Part shown: one piece after another, positions 39,407-48,737 of the stretch | Position numbering within the stretch: the first letter of the stretch is position 1 | How the letters are laid out: each line of letters begins with the position of its first letter | Origin: an uncultured Dehalococcoidales bacterium | Lineage (GTDB): Bacteria > Chloroflexota > Dehalococcoidia > GIF9 > AB-539-J10 | DNA: 64,000 bases | Reading direction: 5' to 3' | NCBI GenBank assembly: GCA_964435965.1 | Contig: CAYTBB010000001.1 | Coordinates: forward strand, 6,715 to 70,714 | The notes under the pieces: generated by a model | What the model saw: only the letters and a program-made list of their open reading frames with translations | What the model was told of the DNA's origin: nothing | Database searches by the model: none | Position numbers and translations under genes: made by a program

Positions 39407-40753
39407 ATGATTGAACGTTATTCCAGACCACAAATGAAGAAAATATGGTCAGAGGAAAGTAAATTTGACCAATGGCTTAAAGTGGAGATTGCTGTTTGTG
39501 AGGCTTGGGCGGAGCTGGGCAAGATCCCCAAAGAAGCCATCCCCAAAATAAGGAACGCCAAATACAACCTGGAGCGTATTGCTGAATTTCTCAAGGTAAC
39601 ACACCATGATATGACCGCCTTTCTTAATTCAGTGGCTGAAAGCCTTGGTGAAGAGTCGCGCTTCATCCATCTTGGGCTTACCTCCTCAGACATCATGGAT
39701 ACTGCTCTAAGTCTCCAGTTAAAAGAAGCAACTGATATCCTGGGACAAGACATCACTGAGCTTATCGCTGTATTAGAAAACAAAGCTATGGAGCACAAAT
39801 ATACCATTATGATGGGGCGAACCCATGGTGTGCATGCTGAGCCAATCACCTTTGGTTTAAAGCTAGCCCTGTGGGCTGAAGAGATGAAGCGTAATGCTCG
39901 GAGATTAACAGAAGCTAAGAAAGCTATCTCTGTAGGGAAGATATCCGGAGCAGTAGGCACCTACGCCACTGTACCTCCCCAAGTCGAAGAAAGAGCTTGT
40001 GCCAAATTAGGTCTTGCTCCAGCCCCAATATCAAGCCAGATAATCCAGCGTGACCGCCATGCCCAATTTATAACTACTCTAGCCATAATTGCTGGCTCCC
40101 TGGAAAAATTTGCCACCGAGGTCAGGAGTCTTCAGAGAACTGAAATCCTCGAGGTTGAGGAACCCTTCCAAGCCGGACAGACAGGCTCCTCGGCGATGCC
40201 CCATAAAAGAAATCCTGAGCTTTGCGAGCGCATCTGCGGACTTGCTAGATTGATAAGGGGGCATGCTTTGACCTCTCTGGAAAACATTGCCTTATGGCAT
40301 GAGCGAGATATCAGCCATTCCTCCACAGAGCGTATTATTCTGCCCGATTCTTGCTTAGTGATGGACTATATATTGTCTCTGTTTGCCTCAATAATGAGAG
40401 GGCTTGAGGTTTATCCCGAGAACATGCGGCGTAACCTCGAGCTTACTCAGGGGTTAATCTTCTCTCAAAGAGTGCTCCTAGCACTAATAGATAAAGGCGT
40501 AAGTCGAGAAAAGGCCTATAAGATGGTGCAAGACAATGCTATGAAAGCCTGGCAAGAAAAGAGGAGCTTTTTATCCCTGCTTGAGGCAGATACAGAAATA
40601 ACAGCTTACTTATCTAAATTTGAGCTAGAATCCTTGTTCGACTATAATTATTACCTGAAGCATGTAGATAATATCTTTGAACGATTGGGGCTAACCGAGC
40701 TAAAAGAGGTCGAGCAACCCGAAGTGGAAAGGTTAGCCTCAGAGGCGCTTTAG
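39407..40753 (+). CDS. purB: adenylosuccinate lyase
   Basis: The 448-aa protein starts MIERYSRPQMKKIWSEESKFDQWLKVE...GSSAMPHKRNP. Confidence 0.93.
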   Translation: MIERYSRPQMKKIWSEESKFDQWLKVEIAVCEAWAELGKIPKEAIPKIRNAKYNLERIAEFLKVTHHDMTAFLNSVAESLGEESRFIHLGLTSSDIMDTALSLQLKEATDILGQDITELIAVLENKAMEHKYTIMMGRTHGVHAEPITFGLKLALWAEEMKRNARRLTEAKKAISVGKISGAVGTYATVPPQVEERACAKLGLAPAPISSQIIQRDRHAQFITTLAIIAGSLEKFATEVRSLQRTEILEVEEPFQAGQTGSSAMPHKRNPELCERICGLARLIRGHALTSLENIALWHERDISHSSTERIILPDSCLVMDYILSLFASIMRGLEVYPENMRRNLELTQGLIFSQRVLLALIDKGVSREKAYKMVQDNAMKAWQEKRSFLSLLEADTEITAYLSKFELESLFDYNYYLKHVDNIFERLGLTELKEVEQPEVERLASEAL

Positions 40754-40758
40754 CACAG

Positions 40759-41727
40759 TTGGGAATGTCTGTTTTATTACAAACTGACTTACCTCTTCCC
40801 TTATTCCGTCGCGGCAAGGTAAGAGATGTCTATGACTTAGATGACAAACTTCTTATAGTGGCTACTGACCGCATCTCTGCTTTTGATTTTGTCCTGCCTT
40901 GTGGCGTCCCCAACAAAGGGAAGGTTCTTAATCAACTCTCAGCCTTTTGGTTTGAGAAAACAGCCCATATTGTGCCCAATCATCTCATCAAGGTAATTGA
41001 TAGCTTGGATGCGTTTGAGGATGTCATCGCGAGGGCTGAAAGCCCGAAGCAATCTCAAGAGAAGAAAGATTCCTCGCTTACGCTCGGAACAAGCCTTATT
41101 GGCCGCTCCATGCTTGTGGCTAAAGCTGAGCGTATTCCTGTAGAATGTGTTGTTCGAGGTTACTTATCTGGCTCAGCTTGGGCAGAGTATAAGAAAAGTG
41201 GTACTGCTGGCGATATTCGCTTACCAGCCGGGATGAAGGAAAGTCAAGAATTGTCTCACCCTATCTTTACTCCTACTACCAAAGGAGAGGCAGAGCATGA
41301 CCGTCCTTTAACTAATCAAGATATAAGGAACCTTGAGGAAATATCATTGCAGGCGGGGCGAAGCAAGCTCAATTTGATTAAGGAATTGGAGGAGAAAAGC
41401 TTGCTCATTTACCGCTACGCACGAGATTATGCTAAAAACAAGGGCATCATGATTGCCGACACCAAGTTTGAGTTCGGCTTTGTCAATGGTGAACTAACGC
41501 TTATTGACGAGCTATTAACGCCGGACTCGAGTCGCTTTTGGGATGCTAGCCAATACGAAGTTGGTCATTCACAACCCAGCTTTGACAAACAACCAGTTCG
41601 TGATTGGCTTTCAGCCTCAGGATGGAACAAAGAGCCACCGGCGCCTATGTTGCCATTGGAGGTAATTGAGGCTACCACACAACGGTATAACAGAATCTAT
41701 CAGTTGTTTACTGGAAAACGTGTCTAG
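40759..41727 (+). CDS. purC: SAICAR synthetase (long, eukaryote-like form) carrying an in-frame repeat-derived insertion
   Basis: The 322-aa protein contains GKVRDVYD...VATDRISAFD...ADTKFEFG...LTPDSSRFW. The segment DVIARAESPKQSQEKK is encoded by a family-1 repeat. Confidence 0.9.
   Translation: MGMSVLLQTDLPLPLFRRGKVRDVYDLDDKLLIVATDRISAFDFVLPCGVPNKGKVLNQLSAFWFEKTAHIVPNHLIKVIDSLDAFEDVIARAESPKQSQEKKDSSLTLGTSLIGRSMLVAKAERIPVECVVRGYLSGSAWAEYKKSGTAGDIRLPAGMKESQELSHPIFTPTTKGEAEHDRPLTNQDIRNLEEISLQAGRSKLNLIKELEEKSLLIYRYARDYAKNKGIMIADTKFEFGFVNGELTLIDELLTPDSSRFWDASQYEVGHSQPSFDKQPVRDWLSASGWNKEPPAPMLPLEVIEATTQRYNRIYQLFTGKRV
41043..41076. repeat. family-1 repeat copy inside purC (GTCATCGCGAGGGCTGAAAGCCCGAAGCAATCTC)
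   Basis: The head GTCAT(T/C)GCGAGG and tail CGAAGCAATCTC match copies G and H. Confidence 0.55.
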
Positions 41728-41805
41728 CTAAAGTTCGCATTACTCTAAAGCCTACCGTTATTGAAAATTACACCTTTGAGTTAGAAGAAACCTAGCCTCG
41801 GCATT

Positions 41806-42459
41806 GTGCAAAATCTCTCAGCTATAAAGAGTATACAGATGGAATGGAGCAACGCAATCAGTGTCATAATTGCCATTTTGGTGATGATTGGTTTGCCTTT
41901 GGCTCTCCGTAAACAAAGGAAGGTTGGTCCCCAGAGGAAAGAGGAGCTTTGCCAGCACCTTCAAAAAATGGGAGTAAGGGCATACCTGGCGCAAATCGCA
42001 GATAACCGCGAGAAGATAGGTCAGAGACGCTCTTCGGGAGAGAAGTCTATGGGAATTATTGAGTTAAAGGATAGAAATATAGATTCCATAAATGTTATTG
42101 GCGTAACAAGCCAATATGGAACCCACTATTTCATTAATTATTTGGTGAGAAACCCGAATATGACGGAAAAACGAAAGTTGAAAAAGACGAGCTTGGTTAG
42201 AAGGAAAAGTGCACTCCTTTGGGGCAAAGTAGTAGGTATCGAATGGAAAGGAGATGAATCCTTAGCAAAGAGCCTCAATTTTGACTATGGGCTAGAAAAT
42301 AAATTATTGCACTCTGAGCTTAAAGATCCGGGGGGAGGCATCTGGATTTTTCCTGAACCCAAGCACGAATATGTCCGGATAAGGACTGCTTATTCTCTTC
42401 CCTCCCCAGAGATATTTGAGACAATAGGCATCATAGCTAGGTATGTTAAGTCATGGTGA
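41806..42459 (+). CDS. hypothetical membrane-anchored protein (single N-terminal TM helix), AT-rich
   Basis: The 217-aa protein has the TM segment ISVIIAILVMIGLPLAL and no recognisable family. Confidence 0.55.
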   Translation: MQNLSAIKSIQMEWSNAISVIIAILVMIGLPLALRKQRKVGPQRKEELCQHLQKMGVRAYLAQIADNREKIGQRRSSGEKSMGIIELKDRNIDSINVIGVTSQYGTHYFINYLVRNPNMTEKRKLKKTSLVRRKSALLWGKVVGIEWKGDESLAKSLNFDYGLENKLLHSELKDPGGGIWIFPEPKHEYVRIRTAYSLPSPEIFETIGIIARYVKSW

Positions 42460-42520
42460 CGGGGGAATAAAAACATCGAAGTTCGATAACAATATCGCTG
42501 TGGTGTTTACCGCAGCTTAT

Positions 42521-43498
42521 TCAATAAGCTCGATACCAGTTTTCATTTACTTTACTGGCTTCGAGCTTTGTATACCAGGGAGTTCCAGAAGCATTGGCCA
42601 ATTCAGTTAAGCTTTGCAACCTCCTAACTACAGTGTTTTCTAAAAATGCCATTCTTTTCTTTCGGGAGCTAATTTGAGCAGCTTCTTGCCATAAGGCACG
42701 TCCGGCTAGAAAGCCTGAAGCTCCCGCCTGGCAAGCTAGCTCAACCTCTTGGTAAAAAAGCTCGAAATTCACGCCGGCACTCAGGATAACCCAGGGAACT
42801 CGACTTGCCTCATTAAGTTGATGACAAAAATCTAACAATCGGCCTTTATCCCTTTCATATTCAAGGTCAGATGGGAATTCAGACTTAAGCACATCAATGT
42901 GGAGAGCTGTGATTTGCTTGGCTGTTTCAATAACTAACCGCGGCTTTACCCTAGCGAAGTTTTGAGGATCGGCCTCTGCTTTCCCTACTTTATAGCTCAC
43001 GGGCTCAACTACGAAGGGCATGTCTTCTGCCAGACAATCGCCAGCTAGCTTCTGCACAGTATCCAGTTGTCTTCTAGCAACATCAATGTCGGGGCGATAA
43101 TAGAGTAAAAGCTTTGCCCCTGTGGCTCCCATTTTCTTTATCTTTTTAACGTTCCAATCAGCAATTACCTGAGTGACTCTTGCCTCCGCTTCACCTGAAT
43201 AGCCAGTCGCTTCTAAACTTACCAGCAATCCAGTGTCCCTGGGGAGAACACCAGCGGCAATTGCCTGACCAGCTCCATAAACGGGATCCAGGAGGATAGC
43301 ACTAGCATGAGGGGCCAAGGCTCGGCATAGATCTAACTTAAAATCCACCATTGCCTGATAACCAACGCTCTCAGGATGCTTTTCATCGAGCATCTTCATC
43401 AGCGAACCCCTGTGGTCAAGGGCACACATCGCCATGATGCCTTTCTCATTAGCTAACTGCTGTAACCCTCTTAACTTACCTATAGATAGTCTTCTCAT
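42521..43498 (-). CDS. class I aldolase of the LacD / tagatose-1,6-bisphosphate aldolase family
   Basis: The 325-aa protein has LacD-like blocks: ALDHRGSL, ILLDPVYG, GLLVSLEATGY, KLLLYYRPD, AEDMPFVVEPVSY and ILSAGV. Confidence 0.75.
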   Translation of the reverse strand: MRRLSIGKLRGLQQLANEKGIMAMCALDHRGSLMKMLDEKHPESVGYQAMVDFKLDLCRALAPHASAILLDPVYGAGQAIAAGVLPRDTGLLVSLEATGYSGEAEARVTQVIADWNVKKIKKMGATGAKLLLYYRPDIDVARRQLDTVQKLAGDCLAEDMPFVVEPVSYKVGKAEADPQNFARVKPRLVIETAKQITALHIDVLKSEFPSDLEYERDKGRLLDFCHQLNEASRVPWVILSAGVNFELFYQEVELACQAGASGFLAGRALWQEAAQISSRKKRMAFLENTVVRRLQSLTELANASGTPWYTKLEASKVNENWYRAY

Positions 43499-43501
43499 GC
43501 C

Positions 43502-44473
43502 CTAAGCCAGTATTTCCGTCAGTTTCAGTAAATTGCTATCTAGTTCCTTTCTTTTTCCCCATGTTTCGCTCAATGGGGTAAAGGCTATCTCCCCTTTTAA
43601 CTCTCCAACCATGTAGCCCGTCTTGCCATTAGCCAAAGCATCGATGGCCGCTGCTCCTAGCTGACTGGCCAAAATCCTATCCCTAGCCGTTGGTGAGCCA
43701 CCTCTTTGTATATGCCCCAAGACACAAACTCGGTACTCTAATCTCAACCTTTCCCATACCTGTTGGGCAATAGGAAATACCCCACCTGCTTCATCTCCCT
43801 CAGCAACTATTATGATGTAGGATTTTTTACCCCTCTTAAAGCTGCGCCTCATATCAAGACAAAGCTCCTCGATCTTTGTTTCTGCTTCAGGCATCAGAAT
43901 GCTCTCAGCTCCACCAGCGATTCCTACATCTAAGGCGATGAACCCTCTATCTCTTCCCATAACCTCAATGAAAAAGGGGCGCTGCAGTGACCCAGCAGTG
44001 TCCCTGATCTTATCTATAGCATCTAGAGCTGTATTTATCGCCGTATCGAAACCAATAGCATAGTCAGTGCCATAGACATCGTTATCTATAGTGCCTGGAA
44101 TACCGATTACTTTTATTCCTCCCACCTCAGCTAAGGCTGCTGCACCACGAAAGGTGCCGTCCCCACCTATGGTTATTAAGCCCTCAATGCCTTCCCTGTG
44201 TAAAGCTGCAATTGCCTTCTTTAGGCCTTCTGCTGTTTTCATCTCTTCACAGCGAGCAGTCTCAAGAATAGTGCCACCGCGCTGGATGATATTAGCCACT
44301 GCCCTAGAATCTAACCGCACTAAGTCGCCTTCCAACAGGCCGGCATAGCCGCGCCGAATCCCTACTACTACCAACTTACAGCTAGCCCCGCAACGGACGA
44401 CTGCCCTGATACAAGCATTCATCCCAGGAGCATCACCACCACTGGTTAAGACACCGATCTTGCTCAATTCCAT
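43502..44473 (-). CDS. pfkA: ATP-dependent 6-phosphofructokinase
   Basis: The 323-aa protein starts IGVLTSGGDAPGMNACIRAVVR and contains GGDGT and MGRDRG. Confidence 0.9.
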   Translation of the reverse strand: MELSKIGVLTSGGDAPGMNACIRAVVRCGASCKLVVVGIRRGYAGLLEGDLVRLDSRAVANIIQRGGTILETARCEEMKTAEGLKKAIAALHREGIEGLITIGGDGTFRGAAALAEVGGIKVIGIPGTIDNDVYGTDYAIGFDTAINTALDAIDKIRDTAGSLQRPFFIEVMGRDRGFIALDVGIAGGAESILMPEAETKIEELCLDMRRSFKRGKKSYIIIVAEGDEAGGVFPIAQQVWERLRLEYRVCVLGHIQRGGSPTARDRILASQLGAAAIDALANGKTGYMVGELKGEIAFTPLSETWGKRKELDSNLLKLTEILA

Positions 44474-44585
44474 TTGGTTATCCTCTATTGTTACCCAGCG
44501 CCCTACTGGTCACCTAGCAATTATAACATATCCAATAGCTAGTTTGGCTGAGTAGCTCAATTATAGTAAAATATGATTAAAGTCA

Positions 44586-46061
44586 ATGAAGCTGATATGG
44601 AGCAAGGAAAGTCTATGCAATCTTATAAAGGAGAAATTCTCTGACTATCACCTCATAGTCGTCTCTAATCGTGAGCCATATATTCATAATTATGTCGGTG
44701 GTAAGATTAAATGTGAAGTTGCGGTTGGAGGTGTAACCACAGCATTAGATTCCGTAATGTGTGCTACAGGCGGCCTTTGGATTGCGTGTGGGAGTAGTAA
44801 GGCTGATAGGAAGACAGTAGACTTAAATAATAAGGTAATGGTCCCCCCTGAAGAGCCACTTTATACTCTGAAGCGAGTGTGGCTGACTAAGAAGGAGATA
44901 AATGGCTACTATTCCGGCTTCTCAAATCAGGCACTTTGGCCTCTGTGCCATTCTACTTATGTTCAGCCTATGTTTGATGAATGGCAATGGAACACTTATA
45001 AGAGGGTAAATAGTATCTTTGCCCAAAGTGTGCTGGAGGAAATAGGAAACAGAAAGGCCTTGGTTTTCATCCAGGATTATCATTTTGCTCTACTACCGAA
45101 GTTGATAAAAGAAGCTAGGGCGGAGACTACAGTAGCACAGTTTTGGCATATTCCTTGGCCTAGACAGCAAGTTTTTAGTACCTGCCCCTGGCAGGGGGAA
45201 ATATTGGATGGCCTTTTGGGGAATGACCTTTTAGGCTTTCACACAGTACGCCACTGCCGTAACTTTCTTACCACAGTAAACAGAGTCACCAAGGCCAGGG
45301 TTAACTATGACAAGGCAGAGGTGATCTTGGATGAAAAGGGAATGCTGGTACGTCACTTCCCTATAAGTGTAGATTTTGAACAACTCTCCCAAGATGCCCA
45401 GAAGGGTAAAGTTAAACGAGAAATAAAACGGTTGAAGCATAACCTAGCATTGGAAGGAAAATCTATAGCCATTAGTATAGACAGGCTGGATTATACTAAA
45501 GGAATTCCTCAAAGGCTGATGGCTATAGAGCGCTTTCTAGACAACTGGCCAGAGTATAAGGGGAAAGCGGTCTTTATAGAAGCGCAGGTGCCCAGCCGTA
45601 CCCAAATCTCAAGTTATAGAAAACTAGGAGAAGATGTAGATGCACTGGTGACAAAGATAAACCAGAAACATGCTTTGGGGGCTTGGAAGCCCATAATCAC
45701 TCTACCTGGACCTTCGCCCCCTAATAAATTGGCAGCTCTAAGATGCATAGCGGATTTATGCATAGTGAGTTCGCTGCATGATGGAATGAATCTGGTGGCC
45801 AAGGAATTCGTTGCCAGCCAGAGTGATAACGATGGCATTTTAATATTAAGCTCATCCACTGGAGCTGCCAGAGAGCTTGACGATGCTTTATTAATAAATC
45901 CTCTTGCCATTGACCAATTTGCTGCCTCAATTAAGGAAGCTCTGGATATGCCTAAATCAGAAAGGCGCAAACGGATGAGAAGGAAAAGAAGCATAGTTAA
46001 GAAGAGCAATATCTATAGATGGGCAGCCGATATTTTCTCGGAATTAGCAAAATTGTCGTAG
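44586..46061 (+). CDS. otsA: GT20-family glycosyltransferase (trehalose-6-phosphate synthase-like)
   Basis: The protein is 491 aa with OtsA blocks (YSGFSNQALWPLCH, VFIQDYHFALLP). It is paired with an HAD-IIB phosphatase downstream. Confidence 0.8.
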   Translation: MKLIWSKESLCNLIKEKFSDYHLIVVSNREPYIHNYVGGKIKCEVAVGGVTTALDSVMCATGGLWIACGSSKADRKTVDLNNKVMVPPEEPLYTLKRVWLTKKEINGYYSGFSNQALWPLCHSTYVQPMFDEWQWNTYKRVNSIFAQSVLEEIGNRKALVFIQDYHFALLPKLIKEARAETTVAQFWHIPWPRQQVFSTCPWQGEILDGLLGNDLLGFHTVRHCRNFLTTVNRVTKARVNYDKAEVILDEKGMLVRHFPISVDFEQLSQDAQKGKVKREIKRLKHNLALEGKSIAISIDRLDYTKGIPQRLMAIERFLDNWPEYKGKAVFIEAQVPSRTQISSYRKLGEDVDALVTKINQKHALGAWKPIITLPGPSPPNKLAALRCIADLCIVSSLHDGMNLVAKEFVASQSDNDGILILSSSTGAARELDDALLINPLAIDQFAASIKEALDMPKSERRKRMRRKRSIVKKSNIYRWAADIFSELAKLS

Positions 46062-46074
46062 CTACAAACATGGC

Positions 46075-46875
46075 ATGAAACATCTCCTCTCTTACTGGAA
46101 TGTTGTTGCTGTCAGGATCAGGGAAGCAACGCACATACTACTGCTGATTGATTATGATGGTACCTTAACCCCCATCGTAGAAAGGCCCGAATTAGCCCAC
46201 TTATCACCAGAGATGAAAGAGTGCCTGCAAGGTCTGGCTAACAATCCCCGCCTGACTTTAGGAATTATAAGTGGCAGAACCATAGGGGATCTGCAACAAA
46301 GAGTAGGTATCAAGGACATTGTCTATGCTGCGAACCATGGTTTGGAGATAGAAGGACCAAGTATTAGTTTTGTTAATACGGCCGCTAAGCAGGCAATCCC
46401 TTTGCTACGTTCTTTATGTCAAGATATTAGTAAAGCTATAGCGGGCATTAAAGGAGCTAGAATAGATAATAAAGAGCTAACATTAAGCCTGCACTATCGA
46501 CTGGTAGATGAATCACAGCTAGATGAATTGAACAAGATTTTCACTGAAATCGTTAAACCTTCTCTTGCTTCAGGTCAGATAAGAATCACTCCAAGCAAAA
46601 AGGCATACGATATAAGGCCAGCAGCAGATTGGGATAAAGGTAAAGCAATAGAGTTCATCGCTCAAAAACTTACTGGTGAGGATAAACCGTTGATGCTATT
46701 CCTTGGCGATGATGTAACCGATTACGATGGCTTTCGCACGGTAGATATGAATGGCGGGATTTCCATTTTCGTAGGCGAAGAGACTACTAAGCCTCCAGCC
46801 CGGTATTTCCTGTATTCACCGAAAGAAGTATATCAATTCCTTGGGATGCTAGGAGAGGTCTTTAGCTCTCAATGA
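46075..46875 (+). CDS. otsB: trehalose-6-phosphate phosphatase-like HAD-IIB hydrolase
   Basis: The 266-aa protein has LLLIDYDGTLTPIV (DxDGT motif) and GDDVTD. Confidence 0.8.
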   Translation: MKHLLSYWNVVAVRIREATHILLLIDYDGTLTPIVERPELAHLSPEMKECLQGLANNPRLTLGIISGRTIGDLQQRVGIKDIVYAANHGLEIEGPSISFVNTAAKQAIPLLRSLCQDISKAIAGIKGARIDNKELTLSLHYRLVDESQLDELNKIFTEIVKPSLASGQIRITPSKKAYDIRPAADWDKGKAIEFIAQKLTGEDKPLMLFLGDDVTDYDGFRTVDMNGGISIFVGEETTKPPARYFLYSPKEVYQFLGMLGEVFSSQ

Positions 46876-47452
46876 CCTCCTTCGTACTAGGCACTCTGCC
46901 CAGAATTCGCTCATCAATGCGGGTGGCTGAATCCAGGGCTCGGCCTAAGGCTTTAAATAAAGCTTCAGCCTTGTGATGGTCGTTGACGCCAGTGAGCACT
47001 TTGGCATGAAGGTTAATTTTGGCTTCGGAAGCGAAGGAAACTAAAAAATGGCGGACTAAATCAGCTTCCAAATCACCTATGCTAGCTTCGCTGAAGGATG
47101 CTTCTATCACACTGTAGGCTCTTCCCCCTATATCCACTGCTACTGCTGCCAGAGCTTCATCCATGGGCACGGTAGCATGTGCCATTCGGGTAATGCCTCG
47201 CTTTTCTCCTATTGCTTGATTCAAGGCTTTACCCAGAGCAATAGCTACATCCTCGACTACATGGTGCTGGTCGGCACTTGTGCCTGAGAGTTTTATGTCA
47301 AATACTCCATGCTGAGCTAGTTGAGTGAGAAGATGGTCAAACATCCTTACGCCCGTAGTTATCTCGAATTGCCCGCTGCCATCAATATTCAGCTCCACCC
47401 TGACGTTTGTTTCTGCAGTTTCACGAGTTACTACTGCTTTCCTTTCAGCCAT
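46862..47452 (-). CDS. hisB: imidazoleglycerol-phosphate dehydratase
   Basis: The 196-aa protein reads RKAVVTRETAETNVRVELNIDGSG...HH..E. Confidence 0.93.
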   Translation of the reverse strand: MAERKAVVTRETAETNVRVELNIDGSGQFEITTGVRMFDHLLTQLAQHGVFDIKLSGTSADQHHVVEDVAIALGKALNQAIGEKRGITRMAHATVPMDEALAAVAVDIGGRAYSVIEASFSEASIGDLEADLVRHFLVSFASEAKINLHAKVLTGVNDHHKAEALFKALGRALDSATRIDERILGRVPSTKEVIES

Positions 47453-47455
47453 TTT

Positions 47456-48649
47456 TTAAACTCCTTTTGATTTTATTTCCTTTAATGCCCCAATTAAGGC
47501 ATCGGTGTCCTCAGGTTTACCCACGCTTATTCGCAGGTAATTTCTTAATCGTGGGCTATCAAAATAGCGGATAAAGATGCCTCTTTTTTGCAGCAAACGC
47601 CAAATCTCTTTAGCCGGAGATTCTTCGCCGAGCTTGCCCTGAGTGAGATTCCTCGGTCGCTGTCCCTTCGCTTTGCCCAGGGCTTCGGCTAACCCCACGG
47701 AATGACAGTGTAAGGAGCAGAGGATAAAATTAGCACTGGAAGGATAGGGTTTTAGCCATTCTAGCTCTTTTAATTTGCCAAATAATCGCTCCCGCTCAGC
47801 AACTATTTTTGCTACATTGCCACGAAGATACTCTATATCTGACAAAGAAGCTAAGGCGGCTGCCTGTGCTGCGACATTAACATTATATGGTTGCTTAATC
47901 TTCATAAGGTAGCTGGCGATTTCAGTAGGGAAGATGCCATAGCCTATTCGTAAACCGGCTAGCCCAGCCCATTTGCTGAATGTACGCAGCACTATCAAGT
48001 TGGAGTAGTTGGGCACTAAATTAGCCACAGTGACGTTGCTAAACTCAAAGTAAGCTTCATCCACCATCACAATTTTCCCGGTGTTGACAAGTTCCATTAT
48101 CTCCTGCCCAGTAATAATGTTGCCCGCAGGATTATTAGGTGAAGCAACAGAGATGACCTTGGTCTTTTTATCCAATACGCTCTTAATGCCAGCTAAATCG
48201 ATAGCAAAATCTCCATCTCTAGGTACATCAACTACCTTGCCACCGCATACCTCAGTACTAAAGGGATACATACCAAATGTTGGTGGACAATTGACAACCT
48301 TGTCACCAGGTTTAAGGAAAAGCCTCAGAACAAGATCAATTATTTCATCACTGCCGCTGCCGCAAACAATGTGCTCACGATTTAAGCCGGTATATTTCTC
48401 TAAGGCTTGTCTAAGCCTTCTTTGTTCCGGGTCGGGGTAGATATAATAGTAAGGGTAGTTAGCTAAAGCTTGATAGACTCTGGGGGAGCACCCGTAAGGG
48501 TTCTCATTGCCATCGAGTTTAATTATCCTTTCTACAGATAATTCAGCCCGCTGGCTCAAAATATCCATTGGCTCAATAGGGGTATAGCTTTTCATAGTTA
48601 TCAATTCAGGCCTGATTAGTTCTTTCATAGCCATCTCAACTAAAACCAA
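47456..48649 (-). CDS. hisC: histidinol-phosphate aminotransferase
   Basis: The protein is 397 aa, class II aminotransferase, with SFSKWAGLAGLRIGY. Confidence 0.9.
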   Translation of the reverse strand: MVLVEMAMKELIRPELITMKSYTPIEPMDILSQRAELSVERIIKLDGNENPYGCSPRVYQALANYPYYYIYPDPEQRRLRQALEKYTGLNREHIVCGSGSDEIIDLVLRLFLKPGDKVVNCPPTFGMYPFSTEVCGGKVVDVPRDGDFAIDLAGIKSVLDKKTKVISVASPNNPAGNIITGQEIMELVNTGKIVMVDEAYFEFSNVTVANLVPNYSNLIVLRTFSKWAGLAGLRIGYGIFPTEIASYLMKIKQPYNVNVAAQAAALASLSDIEYLRGNVAKIVAERERLFGKLKELEWLKPYPSSANFILCSLHCHSVGLAEALGKAKGQRPRNLTQGKLGEESPAKEIWRLLQKRGIFIRYFDSPRLRNYLRISVGKPEDTDALIGALKEIKSKGV

Positions 48650-48737
48650 ATGTTAAAAATGAAAAAATCAAAATGACAACTCAAAATGTAACTTTTTTAT
48701 TTTTGCTTTGCATTTTTGCCTTTTGCATTTTAATCTT

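Noticed and set aside
48650-48737. AT-rich hisD-hisC spacer with repeated TTTGCATTT motifs as a possible regulatory element
   Set aside because: These are only short low-complexity direct repeats in an AT-rich spacer. There is no dyad symmetry or promoter geometry convincing enough to annotate
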